From Acanthaster planci (lineage: Eukaryota), in assembly GCF_001949145.1 (NCBI RefSeq), contig NW_019091357.1, positions 3,169,078 through 3,233,077 on the forward strand: 64,000 nucleotides of DNA, in the 5' to 3' direction. Of this stretch, positions 38,490 through 51,833 are shown piece by piece; within the stretch, counting starts at the first letter, position 1, and the number at the start of each line of letters is the position of its first letter. The notes beneath the pieces were generated by a model. It searched no databases and was not told the origin of the DNA. It was given only the letters and a program-made list of their open reading frames with translations. Position numbers and translations under genes: made by a program.

Positions 38490-41400
38490 ATGTCTTCTCC
38501 CGCCCGCCTGAGTGTCTTTATGCTGGTCGTGGTGCTGGTAGCTCAGCCATTGAACATTCAAGCCGGAGGTTTGTACAGTTTCAGTCGGTCAAGTGAGATG
38601 TTGTGGGCATAAATCATGGCCGAATAAAATACCCGTAAAAGATTTTCCAGAAGTCGTTTGTTTTACAGTAAGGATAACACCTTAAACCTGCAAACTCATT
38701 TTATACCTTTTAATTGTTTCCAAAATTGGACATTTTCTGCTTTCAAACAGATCGAGCAGACTTTTAAACTTTTGTCCGGGTAATCGACTAACTTGAGAAG
38801 GAAAAAGGAAAAGCGACAAGCAGTGAGCCACAAAAAACCGCTTTCTAAGGAGAGGGTTTGCGGTAACACCATGTGGATGGATCTCTTTTTGGAAGGGGTA
38901 TGGTTTTGATAAGAACCGGTGAGAACCTTACCACTTCCAAAAAGAGATCTATCCACGTGGTAGTACCGCAAGCCGTCTCTTCAGATGGCTTATCTAAACT
39001 GTTTTCGTGTGCTGTGGCTTTACTATGGTGATGCTCGGTATTTTACATCAGTCTCAAAAACAATCAACAATTATTGGCCTTTACGATAAAAAATGCAGAG
39101 CAAGGGTAAAAACTAAAAGCTAAATGATTTTTTCTCGGCCAAATTCGTCCAATCGGCATTCAAATTCCTTTTCAAGTGTTCATATTAATGCGCCGTGTGA
39201 TCCATGCAGTGGTTTGTTCAAGAATTCAGATGCTTTTTTTTTAAATTTAGGCCCGCAAATTTCCGGAAAAAATTAAACGTTGTGTGTTTCACTTTTATAC
39301 GTGCATATTAAACCGTTATCACATTCATTTTCGCAAAACTGCCTAAAGAAGTCGTAATATGTCTCAAGTTTCCTTAAGTTTTTTTTTGCCTGGAAATCAG
39401 CTTCGCAGAATGGGAATTCAAAGAAACACTAGAGCAGATTTTACTTGCGTAGAAAAGTTCCGTTTGGTGTTATTTTCAAAGAGTAAAATTTATCGATTCG
39501 GTTTTGTTTCTTATGGTTATGTGTTCATTGTGGGTATGTCCAACAAAGTCAATGTATTGAGAGAATTACGATGTGATGCAACATTTTAAAACGAAGAGAT
39601 GTAAGTCAGATCTAACCTGATTTCTCGGCAAAGTATTAATTTCCGGAGACAGTGAATCACTTTAGCCTTCCTTCTGAAGCATCGCCTGGCATTCTGTTGT
39701 GTACCCTTACAATTTTGCACGCACTCATGCCTGCAAATTAAGTTAATTCACTTTGGGCTGTTAAACTTTGGCTCCATGCCTCTCCCTCCCCCGTCATAGG
39801 TAAGGGGATACAGGCCTACGTCTAGCCAAATCCACTAGCGCTTCACTGAACACTCCTGATGACCCCCTTGAAAAGTGGGATAAATACTAAGTAGGCCCCT
39901 ACAAACACTTGGTTTTGTATTTTTGCTTGTTTTGGTCGAAAATGGACTTAAATGATCACCTTCGAAATTTGAATACCAATAAGCGTCACTCAACCCTTTT
40001 TTTTCCGTGGGCAATTCACAGAGGCCGACGTTTTGCATACAGAACGATAATTAAGCCGTTTTCCACGTCTGGGGTAATATTTAATACCATTTCTCTTTGG
40101 ATATTCAGTGCAGGAAACGATAACATCTTTAAACACTCAATACGTTAATGCTGTTAACGAAGACAACGTGGACAGCGTCATGGCGTTGTATGATGATGAG
40201 TGTACTCTGATGCTGCAAGGCTTCGAGACCATTTCTGGGAAAAGCCGTAAGTTTCTGGCGTTTTTCACCCACATACCTATTTTTGAGGTCGCAAATTACC
40301 GAACTGGCAACCGGACAATTTATCTGCAAAAGAGCTTGCAATGTACCGGTATACATTCTGAATTTAGAAGTGTACAGTACTTGTACTCAGTACTCGTACT
40401 CGAGTACCATTTCAGAGTACTTGTATCGAGTATCATTTCAGAGTACTTGTTTCGTACTTATAGTCAAAGAAGCGAGTACTCTTACTCGGAAGCACAAGCA
40501 CCTGTGCTTGGAAAACCAGCACATGTTCTTGGCTAGCGAGGTACTCTGATTTTCACAGCACTCCGAAATCTTAGTACTCGGCAGTACTCAGTACTCGGCA
40601 AAAAAAGTACTCGACTACAACACTAGATTTTAGTTGGAAAAAAATGCACTTCTTCGTCTTCTTCTTAGTGGCGATTTTTCCTTTCATCTCCACACAGTTT
40701 CAAAGCCATACATCGCTGTCATGATTGGAGACTTGACGACGTTCAACTTCGCAAGTCAAGAAGTGACGCCCATGGACGACGCAGCCAACTACGTCTATCA
40801 GCGCTCGGAAATCTCTGGGAAAAATGCGAAAGGCGACACCGTGTATGACGGAAAGTAAGCTCTTGTCGATGCTGTAATGCTTGTGTTCGATAATGTCGGA
40901 ATTCCACATTTGGTTAGTGTTAATAGAGGCCTTGCGTGGTAGCCATCTTGTTGGGCAGTTCTTTCGTTCCACAAACCTCCTTTGTGCATACCCTGTGGAG
41001 CAAACGCGCTGACCTGCAAGATGGCATCCACGCATACCCTCTATACCAGACACGTCCTGTGGATATTGTGGCGGCGCTAAAAGCCACCGTGATAGGTGAT
41101 GTTTATTTTTATTTTTTCAAGACTGTTGCGTGTTGCTAGTGACCATATTTGAAGAGGACAGTGTTGGTTTTACAGAACACGAAATGCGCGTGCGAAATCC
41201 GAAAAGGACCAGAGCTAAAGTCCACTCCCTCAGAGTATCGGTTCGGATTTGAGAAGGAAGGAAAACAAGTAAAACAAAACAACTTTCTGCGCGAAAAGCC
41301 GTCTCCGTCCACCTCGTATACAGCTACTGGTACTCTGTTTCCCATTTTGTTATATCTATACATGAAATGTGACAACGCAGATTTAAAAGTTTATTTTACA

Positions 41401-41868
41401 AAGTGCCCCGCCTATCGACCCTGTTTCTATACTAAAAAACGCGAACCACAGTGTTTATGCACAACCAGTCGCTACCCTATCAATGTTTGATCATGCAAAA
41501 TTAGTGATCCAGTACCGGGGCGAGAGAGCAGGTAACTGGTGGCGCACTACTCGAGTGTATGTCAGAGTGGCGACATGAGCGTCGCAAACGTGGAAACAAA
41601 ATGGCGGTTACCATTCATCAGCGCACCAGTTGGCGCATCAGTGCAGTTGGCGCTAGTCTGCATACGGCTGTGCTCCACGGGAGGGTGGAAAAGTAACATA
41701 GCACAGGAAATATCGCACCCATGAGAACAATGCTAGGCACCACATAGCACTTCATTGTAAACTTCGTCTATAACATCTTCCTTTCTTTATAGGAATTTGA
41801 TGATTTGGAAGAAAGTTGGCAACAGCTACAAGATCCACGTCCACGCGTATTGCGCCGACACCAGCTAA
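38490..41868 (+). CDS. Secreted SnoaL-like / DUF4440 (NTF2-like) protein, copy 2, 149 aa
   Basis: Exons 38490-38568, 40109-40246, 40698-40854, 41793-41868 (450 nt). First three exons have the same sizes as copy 1 (79/138/157) and high similarity; ends NLMIWKKVGNSYKIHVHAYCADTS. Confidence 0.85.
40364..40626. mobile_element. GTACTC/GAGTAC-rich MITE-like insertion in copy 2 intron 2
   Basis: Many AGTACTCG/CGAGTAC units, ending GTACTCGACTACAACACTA. A related element lies at 61760-61925. Not present in the shorter homologous intron of copy 1. Confidence 0.6.
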
Positions 41869-44800
41869 ATGCACGAGGATAATGGTACCACGCCCAGGTT
41901 TTTGAGTATATCTCTGCTGATGGCACATACGGAAAAAAAATCACGGCAAATGCCTTTTGGTTGAAATTTGAACTTTAAATTTGTTTGAATTCTACTTGAG
42001 CTCCACTTCGCCTTCTTAAGCGGCAAAATTTATCTATCGCAAACGACTGACGCAATACTCTGAATATGAAACAAAATCGGTGTCTTTTCGGTTGGTGTCA
42101 AAGGATGGAATGGTAACTTAGAAAAAGTAAACTTTACATAAGTAGGCCTATGGTACGTATAATCTTTGTCAAATCGTGTTTAAGAGACACACAATGATTA
42201 TCGAAATAAATGAGTCTGCATGAAACATATGTTGCGTCACTGGTCCTGTTGCTCTTTTATCGCAATGCCCACAGAATAAACATCGTTACCTTTAGAATTT
42301 CCTTTACTAGGTTTTGAAGTTTCATAATAGTACATGTATTGTCCTTGAGTCCCTCTATAGCAAAGGAGATAAAAGTGAGGGAATAGGAATCAGATCAGAA
42401 TAAAATAAATAATCAGAATAAAATGATTATAATGCACCTATAGAGCCCTGGGTATGCGCATTAGTTATACAGAATGATTTACCAAGCATCGCGTAGGTCT
42501 AATTCTTTAACCGAAAGATTTGGTTTCATTTTAGCAGTGATAACAACAAAGTAGCCAATAAATCCTTTGAATGTGGTAAATATTGAAACCATTTAACAGT
42601 TAATAGCCTCTAAGTTAGAATAAAGTGAAATTATCTCTGACGAAATGAGGCAAACAAAATGTCTGGGAATTGTCTTTTCGCCAATAAATCCTAATTATGC
42701 ACGCCTGCGCCTAAATGGCTATGGCGGTAAATGCTCAAGCACTCATTAAGATGTACAGGGTACTAACTCAACGGTCAATATCCCTCAAATTAATTATCAG
42801 GGTCTATTCAGTTGTTTTTCAGGAAACCCTCTGGTATCGTCATAGCTTTTTATTTCTGGTCTCAAATAAAAGTGGGTTGCTGTATGATGAACGTAATAAA
42901 CAATCACAACTTGCTTTCTCTCGGAGCGTACGAGGTTAAAATAATTTAACAGGGCTCCTTTCCGAGTGTGTTTAATAAATAACTTCGCGATTCGGGGTAC
43001 CCATATGCACCAATCTATTTAACGTTTTGCGCATGTGCGAAAGACCAGTGTCATTTCTAAAATGACGGCTTCGTCCCCGTCTTAAACTTCGTCTTTAACA
43101 TTCAAACCACTTGTACGCTTTTGGTGTTGGAAGTAAATGGAAGCTACTTTCCTCTACAAGACGACAATACATGTTAACGGTCAAGTTTGCTCGCAAAATA
43201 TTATTTTTTATTAATTAAGCTTAAAAATTTAAAGTGAGAGAATAAAAAACAGTCTGAGCGACGAAACGCGTTGAAGCCGAGATTCGGAAACTCCATTCAT
43301 CATTCCAGTTCGATTTTCACTGGTAACCTATGCATTAAATATTTATCGGGCATCAGGGAAAATCGGCCAGTGGTTAACAAATTGCCGCTGATCGAACTTG
43401 CCCTGCACGCGAACTTGCACGCACCTAAATGGTGCATGGTTCCCTGAATCGGCCCAGTTTGTTTTTTGAAGCTCATGGAAGGACTCCCTGCTGATTTCTG
43501 TTGAAGAAAGAAATTTCATAACTCTCTTTTTTGTATATAGTCCTAAAGACCTATTTAGTTCAGAAAGTAAAAGCTGTCGTGATTTTAGAGGGTATATTCT
43601 GAAGAAACAAGTGCAAAATTCTGCATAATCTGTGAGAAAATGACGTTGAATTTTTGTGCGCACCAATTAAAACATATTTGAGTGGGCCTCTTGCCCATTT
43701 TTCCCGTCTTGGCCGCTTATGTGCATGCGTTTGTCACTTTGAAGTTATCAGTGAAAAGGTCCACGATGGCCTTTTATAGACCATGACCATGCCAGATGCG
43801 ACTGGGATTCTTGACGGCCAAAACAAACTAATGAATTTGATGAAAATAGTGTGCAATCGAGCGATACTAAACTGGAGACAGCGTGGTGCAGCAGGATTAC
43901 ATTGTCGACGGTGTGGTTTTAAACGTACAAGTTTGTACCGGTAACTTGTATACATCATGCTTTATTTCTATAATAAAATATAATATACGGCTGAAAAGTG
44001 TTAAAAACCTGTCAACAATAAACGTGGCCCAGAATACGGACAAACCTGTCTGATTCTAGATTCTGCCTCAATAAGAAATTAAAGGAAAAGCAATACCATA
44101 TAAGCCTGTTAAAAATAAATAAAATAAAACAAAAACTTAAAAGCTACACCGGGTCGAACCTGGCTTACACTTACAGCCTGTCGGAATAAGAAAATTTTCT
44201 TACTGTAACCACTCATAGATTATGTAACTATATATAATGTAATTGTAATATATAATATATATATAGTATATATGATGTAATTAATGTTGGAAGGGGGCCA
44301 CATCAGGAAACGGCGATCTTTTGTTTACAGGAAAAATAACGATGATAAAGTCTTTTTATAGAGCACTACAAAACCCGTTTAGATTAGAAACTAATAGCAA
44401 AAACAATTCAATGGGATTTTCTGAAGACAAAAATGAACAAAGCCAGAAAACCTGAGAGAAAATGATCATCAAAGTAGCATCCCTGTACTTTTTCAATGGC
44501 CCGCTCACGCTTCTTACCGCCGAGGCCATTTGTGTGCATGCGTGCATAATTATGAATTCATTTAATAGTGAAAAGGTCCATGCTCTTTACCTTTTTTGGG
44601 GGGGTTAAACACTCGGCTTTTGTGAAGTCTTCCTGATTGCATACCTGGGTTCTGTCTACCATCTGTTACACGTCAACTGTTAATAGTAATACCGATAATT
44701 TTAGGGCTGTTTCCGTTGGGTTCATTAGAAATGCATACAAAACGGTAGGCCCCATATAAAGGACCGCCGCCACTATCATGTATTAAGTACATGTACAATC

Positions 44801-44886
44801 ACCCTGTGGTTGCGTTGGGGCCACACGCAGACTTCTAACTCAAGTTGGATTTCTCGGACAGGACTGACTCATTGACTGGTATCATC

Positions 44887-47800
44887 ATGTCTCCTTCCTC
44901 GTGCTTGATTGCCTTCCTGCTGGTTGAATTGTTAGTAACACATCCCGCCTGGGCAATTAAGAAATTGGGGCAACCGATCTTTGGCCGCGCAGGTGGGGAC
45001 GACCAAACAGGTAGGTATCCACACTCGCTTTACTCACTCAAAGTTTGAGTGTTGGAATTTGTGTGAATGTTGCAGAAATTACACAGATTAAAACATTGGT
45101 TTAATTGCTAAAACCTGCATCTTGCACTTTCAACTATTCCTTTTGAACATATCGTGTACAGCATCGGTTATTTTCCTTATATCAAAACCGCCGCTCGAAA
45201 GATGTGTGTAGTGCTTGTGCTATCAAAGACGTAAAAATCGTCACCCAAATTCAGAAATAAAGTGACTAGGATCTAGGACGAGCGATCACCGTACAAAAAA
45301 GTTGTTTTCTCTCAGAAAGGGTTTTCTTTTTGGTATAATAATTATCCACACACAGTGCAACAAACGATTGAGGATTTGGACGACGAGTGGGTTGCTCGCG
45401 TTGAACAAAACAGTGTGGACAGCGTCATGGAGTTGTATGACGATCAGTGTGTTTACATGCCACCAGGCGGACCCTCTGCTACTGGACATACCGGCAAGTT
45501 TCCTTCCTTCGAATTTTTGAAATACCCACACTGGCCGTGATACGGCTAAAAGCGGGATATTCCCTCCTCGATTTCCCTCTAATTTGGTTTTGAAGACTGT
45601 AAACATGCCGTCAGAGTTTATAGGCTGTGAAACATATGTCTCAAAGAAGCCTGAAATTCCATTCTGTGTTAACCACATACAGTAACTAAAAAATTCGTCC
45701 AACGTTTCATTGGAAGTACTATTTCTCATGATAAAACATCCGTTACCACAAATAAATTTTACCAGTTTTGATAAAAAAGTGACTCAGTTGGTAAAATAGT
45801 GGGGGGGGGCGGAGTCTGCCTCCCCAAATACATCTTCTTTGATATATGTTTACAATTATTTTTCTTTTGACTGTAATACCTCAATGAGTGCTTCAGGTAG
45901 TGTGTTTCAGTTATCCAAACACCAAATTTGTGAAAATTTCACGTCGCAGGGAGAGGGGAGCTGTTCCCTCATCCTCACCTGTGAGATGGTGAGCGAAGGC
46001 CTCCTAGTTAAAATTGTGCAGAATCTGCAGGTTATTTTACGGAAATTTTATGCACAGGGTTTAGCCAGAGACAAACAGAAATACACTCCCATAAGAATAG
46101 GAAATACAATTCCCATTGGAATGTGTACAAACATCTTCCAGATGGCAGAGACAAATGTTTACGTAACGGCTGGCTGGCTTGCCCAGGCCCTACCTGTGAC
46201 ACATAAACGACCTCTGTAAAAGCCGTCAGGCTTCTTCGAAGCGTCGTGACCGTCCAAGGCCGTTTTCCAATAGGCTTCGTCTCCGTCTCAGGCTTCGTTC
46301 CCAAAACCAATCCCCGGTTGTGGGCCTGAAGCGTTTAAATTACATTGGATTACTGTAATTTTTTGCTTTCTTACATCTTATTTGATGTTCTGTGGCACTA
46401 TTAGACTGATTACTGCGCTTACAGCTTCAACGTCAGCTAGTTAAAAAACAGTTGAAGCCTGAGACGGAGCCGAAGTGGAGTATTGGAAAACGGCCCAGGC
46501 ACGTGCCTGGGTCATATATGTTACAGAGGAAAATTATTAACTGCGCAAGTCCCATTAGGTTCATTGCATAAGTAATGAGGAAATTGGTAGCCACCACTTA
46601 TTCCTTCCTCCATGTCTCTATGCACTGGATGGGCAGCTCAGCAGTAACTGCCATGTGTGAATTGAAGTGACCACGCGGCCATCTTAGGATATTCAGTACA
46701 ATGACCTCAAACTTCAGTGCGTTCGTGCACGGCGCTAAAGCCGGTGACTTGGGAAAATGCCATTGTATTGAATAACCTAAGATGGCCACGCAGTCGCTTC
46801 ATTTCGCAGAGCAGAGCTGCCTATCCAGTGTCTAGAGATCAGTGGTATAGCGGGGTTAGGTATAAGCCTGAGACTATTCCATGCGGCTTGTTACTGAAAG
46901 ATAGAACAGCAGTAGGGTCAAAGCTTACTACCTTGGTTTCTCTGCGGATTTAATGGTTAGGCCTACAGGGTGCAGAGGACATACTAACGGGATGGGGATA
47001 CAGAATCGCAACGTTACGAGTTAATAGTGAAAAAATGGCAACAGCCGCCGTTAATACACAGTTCATACTGTAGACAATTTCCATATTCAACAACGTGCTA
47101 TTACACGCATTAATGCCCGCTGCGATTTGATGATGCCCGCTGCGTTAAAACGTTCTGGCACCCTCATGGATACGAGACAGTTTTATCCTCTTATATTGGT
47201 CAAGAGTTTGTTAAAGGTGGGTCAAATTTAAGTTTAAATATATTTTTGGTTTGAAATATGTTTGGTATCGAAACCTTATCCCCCTGTTTACTTCTTTGCC
47301 GCGAAATCAGTTGGATATCCCACCGTAGAATGCTGCAACCGTCCGCTAATTCTGACCCGCTTGTACCTTGGTGTCAGCCCTTACCGTACAACCTATTATT
47401 AGGGATGGAATCCCAGTCAACGCTGTTTGGTTTATGTTCTGCGTATTTTTGTTTGTTGCCTCAGTAGATGTGCTTTTCTTCTTGTTTGTTTGTTTATTTA
47501 TTTGTTTATTTTCCCCCAACGCCCTATAGCCGTGGAACAACTCATGAGCTGGATCAATGGCGTAGGGACAGTTACCAAGACGATTGAAGAAGTGACGCGT
47601 ATGGATGGCAGCGCCTCTTACGTCTACCATCGCGGGAACTTCCAGGCAACGAACAAGAATGGCGACACCGTCATTGATGGAAAGTGAGTGTTTAACATCC
47701 AAAATTGATAGAAAAAGTCGATTTCAAACTTTTTGGCGGTTCGGGTCCAAAATGTCCGGTGCATCTCCGATGGGAGACATGGCAGCGCTGTTAACGGGCT

Positions 47801-48242
47801 GTGCTGAATGAAAAGGATTGTTTGTGGCGTCCCTAAAGTCCTTAACTTTGTTGAGCCTCTTCTGTTAGCAGTAACTAAGATGAAACAGTACGTAAAGAGC
47901 CAAGGTATTATGGGAGAAAAAGTTGCTTCTGTATCAAGAATTTTCATCACCGAAATGAAGAAACTGACAATCAGGGCCAAATCAAAATGTTCATTATGCC
48001 CCATCACTATGTGAGAGCTGAGTATTCTCGAGCCCGCCTTTCTGGGAACCACATGTGACGTGGTCTCAGGCGCGTAAATCCCAGAAGACTCGACTAAGCA
48101 TGGCTATTAAAGTCCGGACATCGGTCACACAATCATTTCAAGACATTTCATTTGGATTTTCTTTTTCAGGGAGCTGATAATTTGGAAGAAGGATGGCGAC
48201 AGTTACAAGATCCACGTGCACATGTATAACAAAAATAACTAA
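44887..48242 (+). CDS. Secreted SnoaL-like / DUF4440 (NTF2-like) protein, copy 3 (divergent), 162 aa
   Basis: Exons 44887-45010, 45356-45493 (GC donor), 47530-47683, 48170-48242 (489 nt, phases 1/1/2). Signal-peptide-like MSPSSCLIAFLLVELLVTHPAWA; VMELYDDQCVYMPPGGPSATG...YVYHRGNF...IDGKELIIWKKDGDSYKIHVHMYN. Confidence 0.82.
46258..46495. mobile_element. MITE-like element with inverted termini
   Basis: GGCCGTTTTCCAATA..CTTCGTCTCCGTCTCAGGCTTC at left and GAAGCCTGAGACGGAGCCGAAG..TATTGGAAAACGGCC at right. No clear TSD. Confidence 0.65.
46615..46838. mobile_element. MITE-like fold-back element
   Basis: CACTGGATGGGCAGCTC...GGCCATCTTAGGATATTCAGTACAATG is inverted as CATTGTATTGAATAACCTAAGATGGCC...GAGCTGCCTATCCAGTG. 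Confidence 0.65.
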
Positions 48243-50242
48243 AACGCGAGGGCGTCGTACCGGATGTGGAGCCCTCAACTGTGCAATGGCCTCTGTGGAA
48301 TTATTTTCAGAAAATAAAATTCGATTTGCCTGTCATGTCTCTTGATTAAAATTTGAATTAACTTTTAGACTAACCCTTTTGCTTGTTTTTCCAAAGACGC
48401 CTGACAGAGTAACATACGGCAGATATATTTTTCTTCTTAATAGGAAACGTTCTTTAAAAAAAAAAGAAACGACTGATGCCCCTTGAATTGTACGTGCACT
48501 TAGCACGACAGAGAAAAAGAAAGCAAATTTGGCGTTACTGCATTCTCGGAGAAATCTGCCAAAAATTGAAAACGTGTCGTTGCACAATAAGATTCATTAG
48601 ATTTCATTTATTCATTTCATTTATTTATCTAAATAAATCTAATTTATTTATCTAAATAAATCATTATCTAAATAATGGGAATTTGAAATTAGTCAACATC
48701 TATCGAATTAGCCCTCGCTGTGGATTAACTCATTGCTCATTTGTTCATAGTGTAAGGAAATTAACCACGCGTTGTTCTCAATGCCCAATAGGTTTGTTGT
48801 TGCGGTGGTAAACGGTAAGAACAAAACCCAAAACATTATTGCTGCCATTATTTGTTCATCTGCTTGGTTTTTGTGGGTTTGGGTTTTTTAGGGGGTTGTG
48901 GTTTTGTGTCTTTGTTTCGTTTTGGTATTTTTAATGGGTTCCTCTTCAGCGTCCGCATTCCTGTCTATACTTTTTTTACCCCGAAGATGGTTTGCGTGGA
49001 AGCTGTTTCCTTTCTTTTCTGGAAAAGTCATTTTTCACGGTATAAATCAAGGGATTTGGGGTGTTATCCTTGGCTTTTCATCACTGTGACAGTCTGTCAT
49101 TGCTACTTTGTAGTCTCTTTAGCATGCTCTCCAAACACGTGAGAATTTTGTGACCTTTCCCTGTTTGTGTTAAAAGAAAGGTGTTGTTTAAAGAAGAAAG
49201 AAGAAAAAAGAAAAATGATGATCCAACCGAATGTATATTCGAACTTTGTCAGAATCGTATTTTACTCTAAAAATCGATCTTATAAATTACTGTTATGAGA
49301 AATACGATGCATCGTGATTCATGTGGCTCTGTGACCATTGAATTAGCACGCTTCGTTCCCTCAACAAAAAAGTAAACATTTATCCATTGAATAGTCGCAG
49401 AATTGTATCTTTCTTTCTTTGTTTCTCCAGTACACAAGTGCATCGACAGTCGATTAGTATAAATTTCAGAAGTGGGGTATGTCTGGATGTTTCTGTTTCG
49501 ATTTTAAGTTTGCAACAGGTAATTGGCTCGTTACTGTCAAACAAAGGCTTTTCCAGAATAAACTTTCTGACAATTTCAAATAACAGAATTTTCGCAAATC
49601 GTCCAATTCACAGATTCCAGACGCGCGAACCAGGGGTCATCTCTCGGGCTGTAGGGGCTACCCTCTTTGCAGTTGTAATGCGAGGCGCTGTGGTTTAACG
49701 GTTAAACGTGACAGTGAACAGGCCCAAAATCTCTGTGGATTTAGTGGTTCGTCATAGACTGCAGTTTGTAAATGAGGATGGATGGATTTGGAGTATTGGA
49801 CCAAACGGTGCCCTCCCAATCGCTCATTATGCAATGGAGTGTAAGTATCAAATTACAGAGTGGCCATGGGCCTTGTAACTGTTTGGAAGGGCGATTTTTT
49901 GTACAGAATTCGTTAAGCAACTGAAAATTAAAAGGGAAACGAAGATGAGGAAGTGAGCTTTAATTTGATATGTCCTGCAGTGAACACCAGAGAAACTTGT
50001 ATTTTTTCCAGATTTTTTGAAGTGGTCATATCTACGGCAGCTTATACTGATCTGCAACTTTAAATGCAGTCTTTGCTCTATGATATGCCCATTACACAGT
50101 TCTGCGTTCAGTCGAGTTCGTATACACATAGAGTGTTGGGAATTAAGACACGAAAGCAAAGCCCTTCCTAATGTGTAGGCTATTAATTGTGTACCACGAA
50201 AGCCCAGTTGTACCAGTGGAGTACACATTTTTAACCTGACAT

Positions 50243-50340
50243 TAATTCGTTTTAACGAATTACTAATCCGAAATAACGAATTACTAATCCGAAATAACGA
50301 ATTACTGATTCGAAAAAACGAATTACTAATCCGAAAAAAA
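50243..50340 (+). repeat. 21-bp tandem repeat (AACGAATTACTAATCCGAAAT) x about 4
   Basis: Directly visible; produces the repetitive RISNSLF peptide in ORF 49848-50360. Confidence 0.85.
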
Positions 50341-51833
50341 CAAATTATGTACTGATCCACACAGCCCCCTAGATGGCGCTCTTTAATGGTTTGTGTGCCC
50401 GCGTATGATCGCAGGCCAGTAAATAAACTACCGTAGCTAGCAAACAGTGATAAATACCTGAATTTCGAAATATTTACAGGTTTCTCAGACGTTCGAGACG
50501 CACAGTAAATTAAAGCCCATGCTACGATTTTTCATTTTCTGTTCAAATTTCTATTCATTAACTGATTTCTTTTGAAGATATTGTTTTCCACGGAAGCTCA
50601 CCCCTAAAATGCAGTCTTGAAGGCTCTTGACATTTACAAATATTGATGCCTACACTTCAAGTCGAAAAATGGACCGTTTTCGGGTACCGATTTCTTCCAA
50701 ATCTAAATCTCACTCAGAAACAAGTTGGAATTCGTTTTCTACAAATCTTCATCGGCCACAAAGTGCTCTGTTTCTTAGAGAATTTGAGTGCATACAAATT
50801 GTGGCTTCGCCAGCGCATGCAGTTTTCGGCCTATTTACTGGCCTGCAGCTATGTGTTGTAGTACAGTAACGGTGGTTCTCACAGCCGAAACTACTCTGCA
50901 TTAGTTTCTCCACATCAAAGAGAAGTGTCAGGTGCTAGGCGCTATTGCCATGAAAATCACAGGTAGGCCAATATATGGTGCACTGCACCAAATACGCGCC
51001 CATAGATAACAGTGCCAAATCGGACTGAAATAGCGCCGCCTGTTGACTCTGGGGAAGAGGTTGGCCTCAGGTTTTTCAGTCGAAATTCAAGATATTGCCA
51101 GAGGTTCACTTTTCGTGAACGCACGCAAGTTAAGAGTGCGATAACGTATACAGCATGCGTGCCTCGATCACGCGTCACGTGGGAATCAACGCAAAACAGC
51201 GCCATCTGGAGGCTCGAGTAATTTGTTATTTCGAATTAGTAGAAAAAGGCTGTTGCAGAGACCCTCACACAGGCCCTCATCTGCATCTCTGAATGAGGGT
51301 ATGAGTATGTAACAACCAAAATACCAACCAACAAAAAAATTGGCTCCTCCTATCGCTTCATTCAAATTTTCTTTGCTGAGCCTTGCATTGTTTGTAAATG
51401 TTCGTAGGACTAAGAGCAAGTTTACTGATATTTACATAAGAATGTTGGGATATCACATTTTTTTCAAGCGGGAGTGACTGTTGTTAAAGCATAGAGGAAT
51501 GGTTAAAGCATAGGCACACTTCGGTGATAAATATTTAAATGTAAAGCAAGAAAAATTATTGTACAATTTTGTTTTATTTAGAAAAGATATTTTATCTATC
51601 CAAAAGTGATAGGTAATAAGTTTAAGTAATCGGCATTTATACGACTTTTAGTGGAGATAACCCCTATAAAGTTTGGTATAGTCTAAGTCCCCATCGCGAA
51701 ACGCGAAGTCTGTACCGCCATTTAATATTTGAGGACCGCCTATTTCCGACGAATCGCAGTCAGGCATTTATTAAATTGAGCTTTGGAAGAGAAGTTGTGG
51801 CCCGTATTTCCTCTAGAAAACAGGGTCCAAAAC

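Noticed and set aside
31456..48242. Bacterial contamination as the source of the SnoaL-like genes
   Set aside because: All three copies have spliceosomal introns, carry host repeats and sit between animal genes.
49848..50360. 170-aa minus-strand ORF with RISNSLF repeats
   Set aside because: The repeats come from a 21-bp tandem repeat and the rest looks non-coding.
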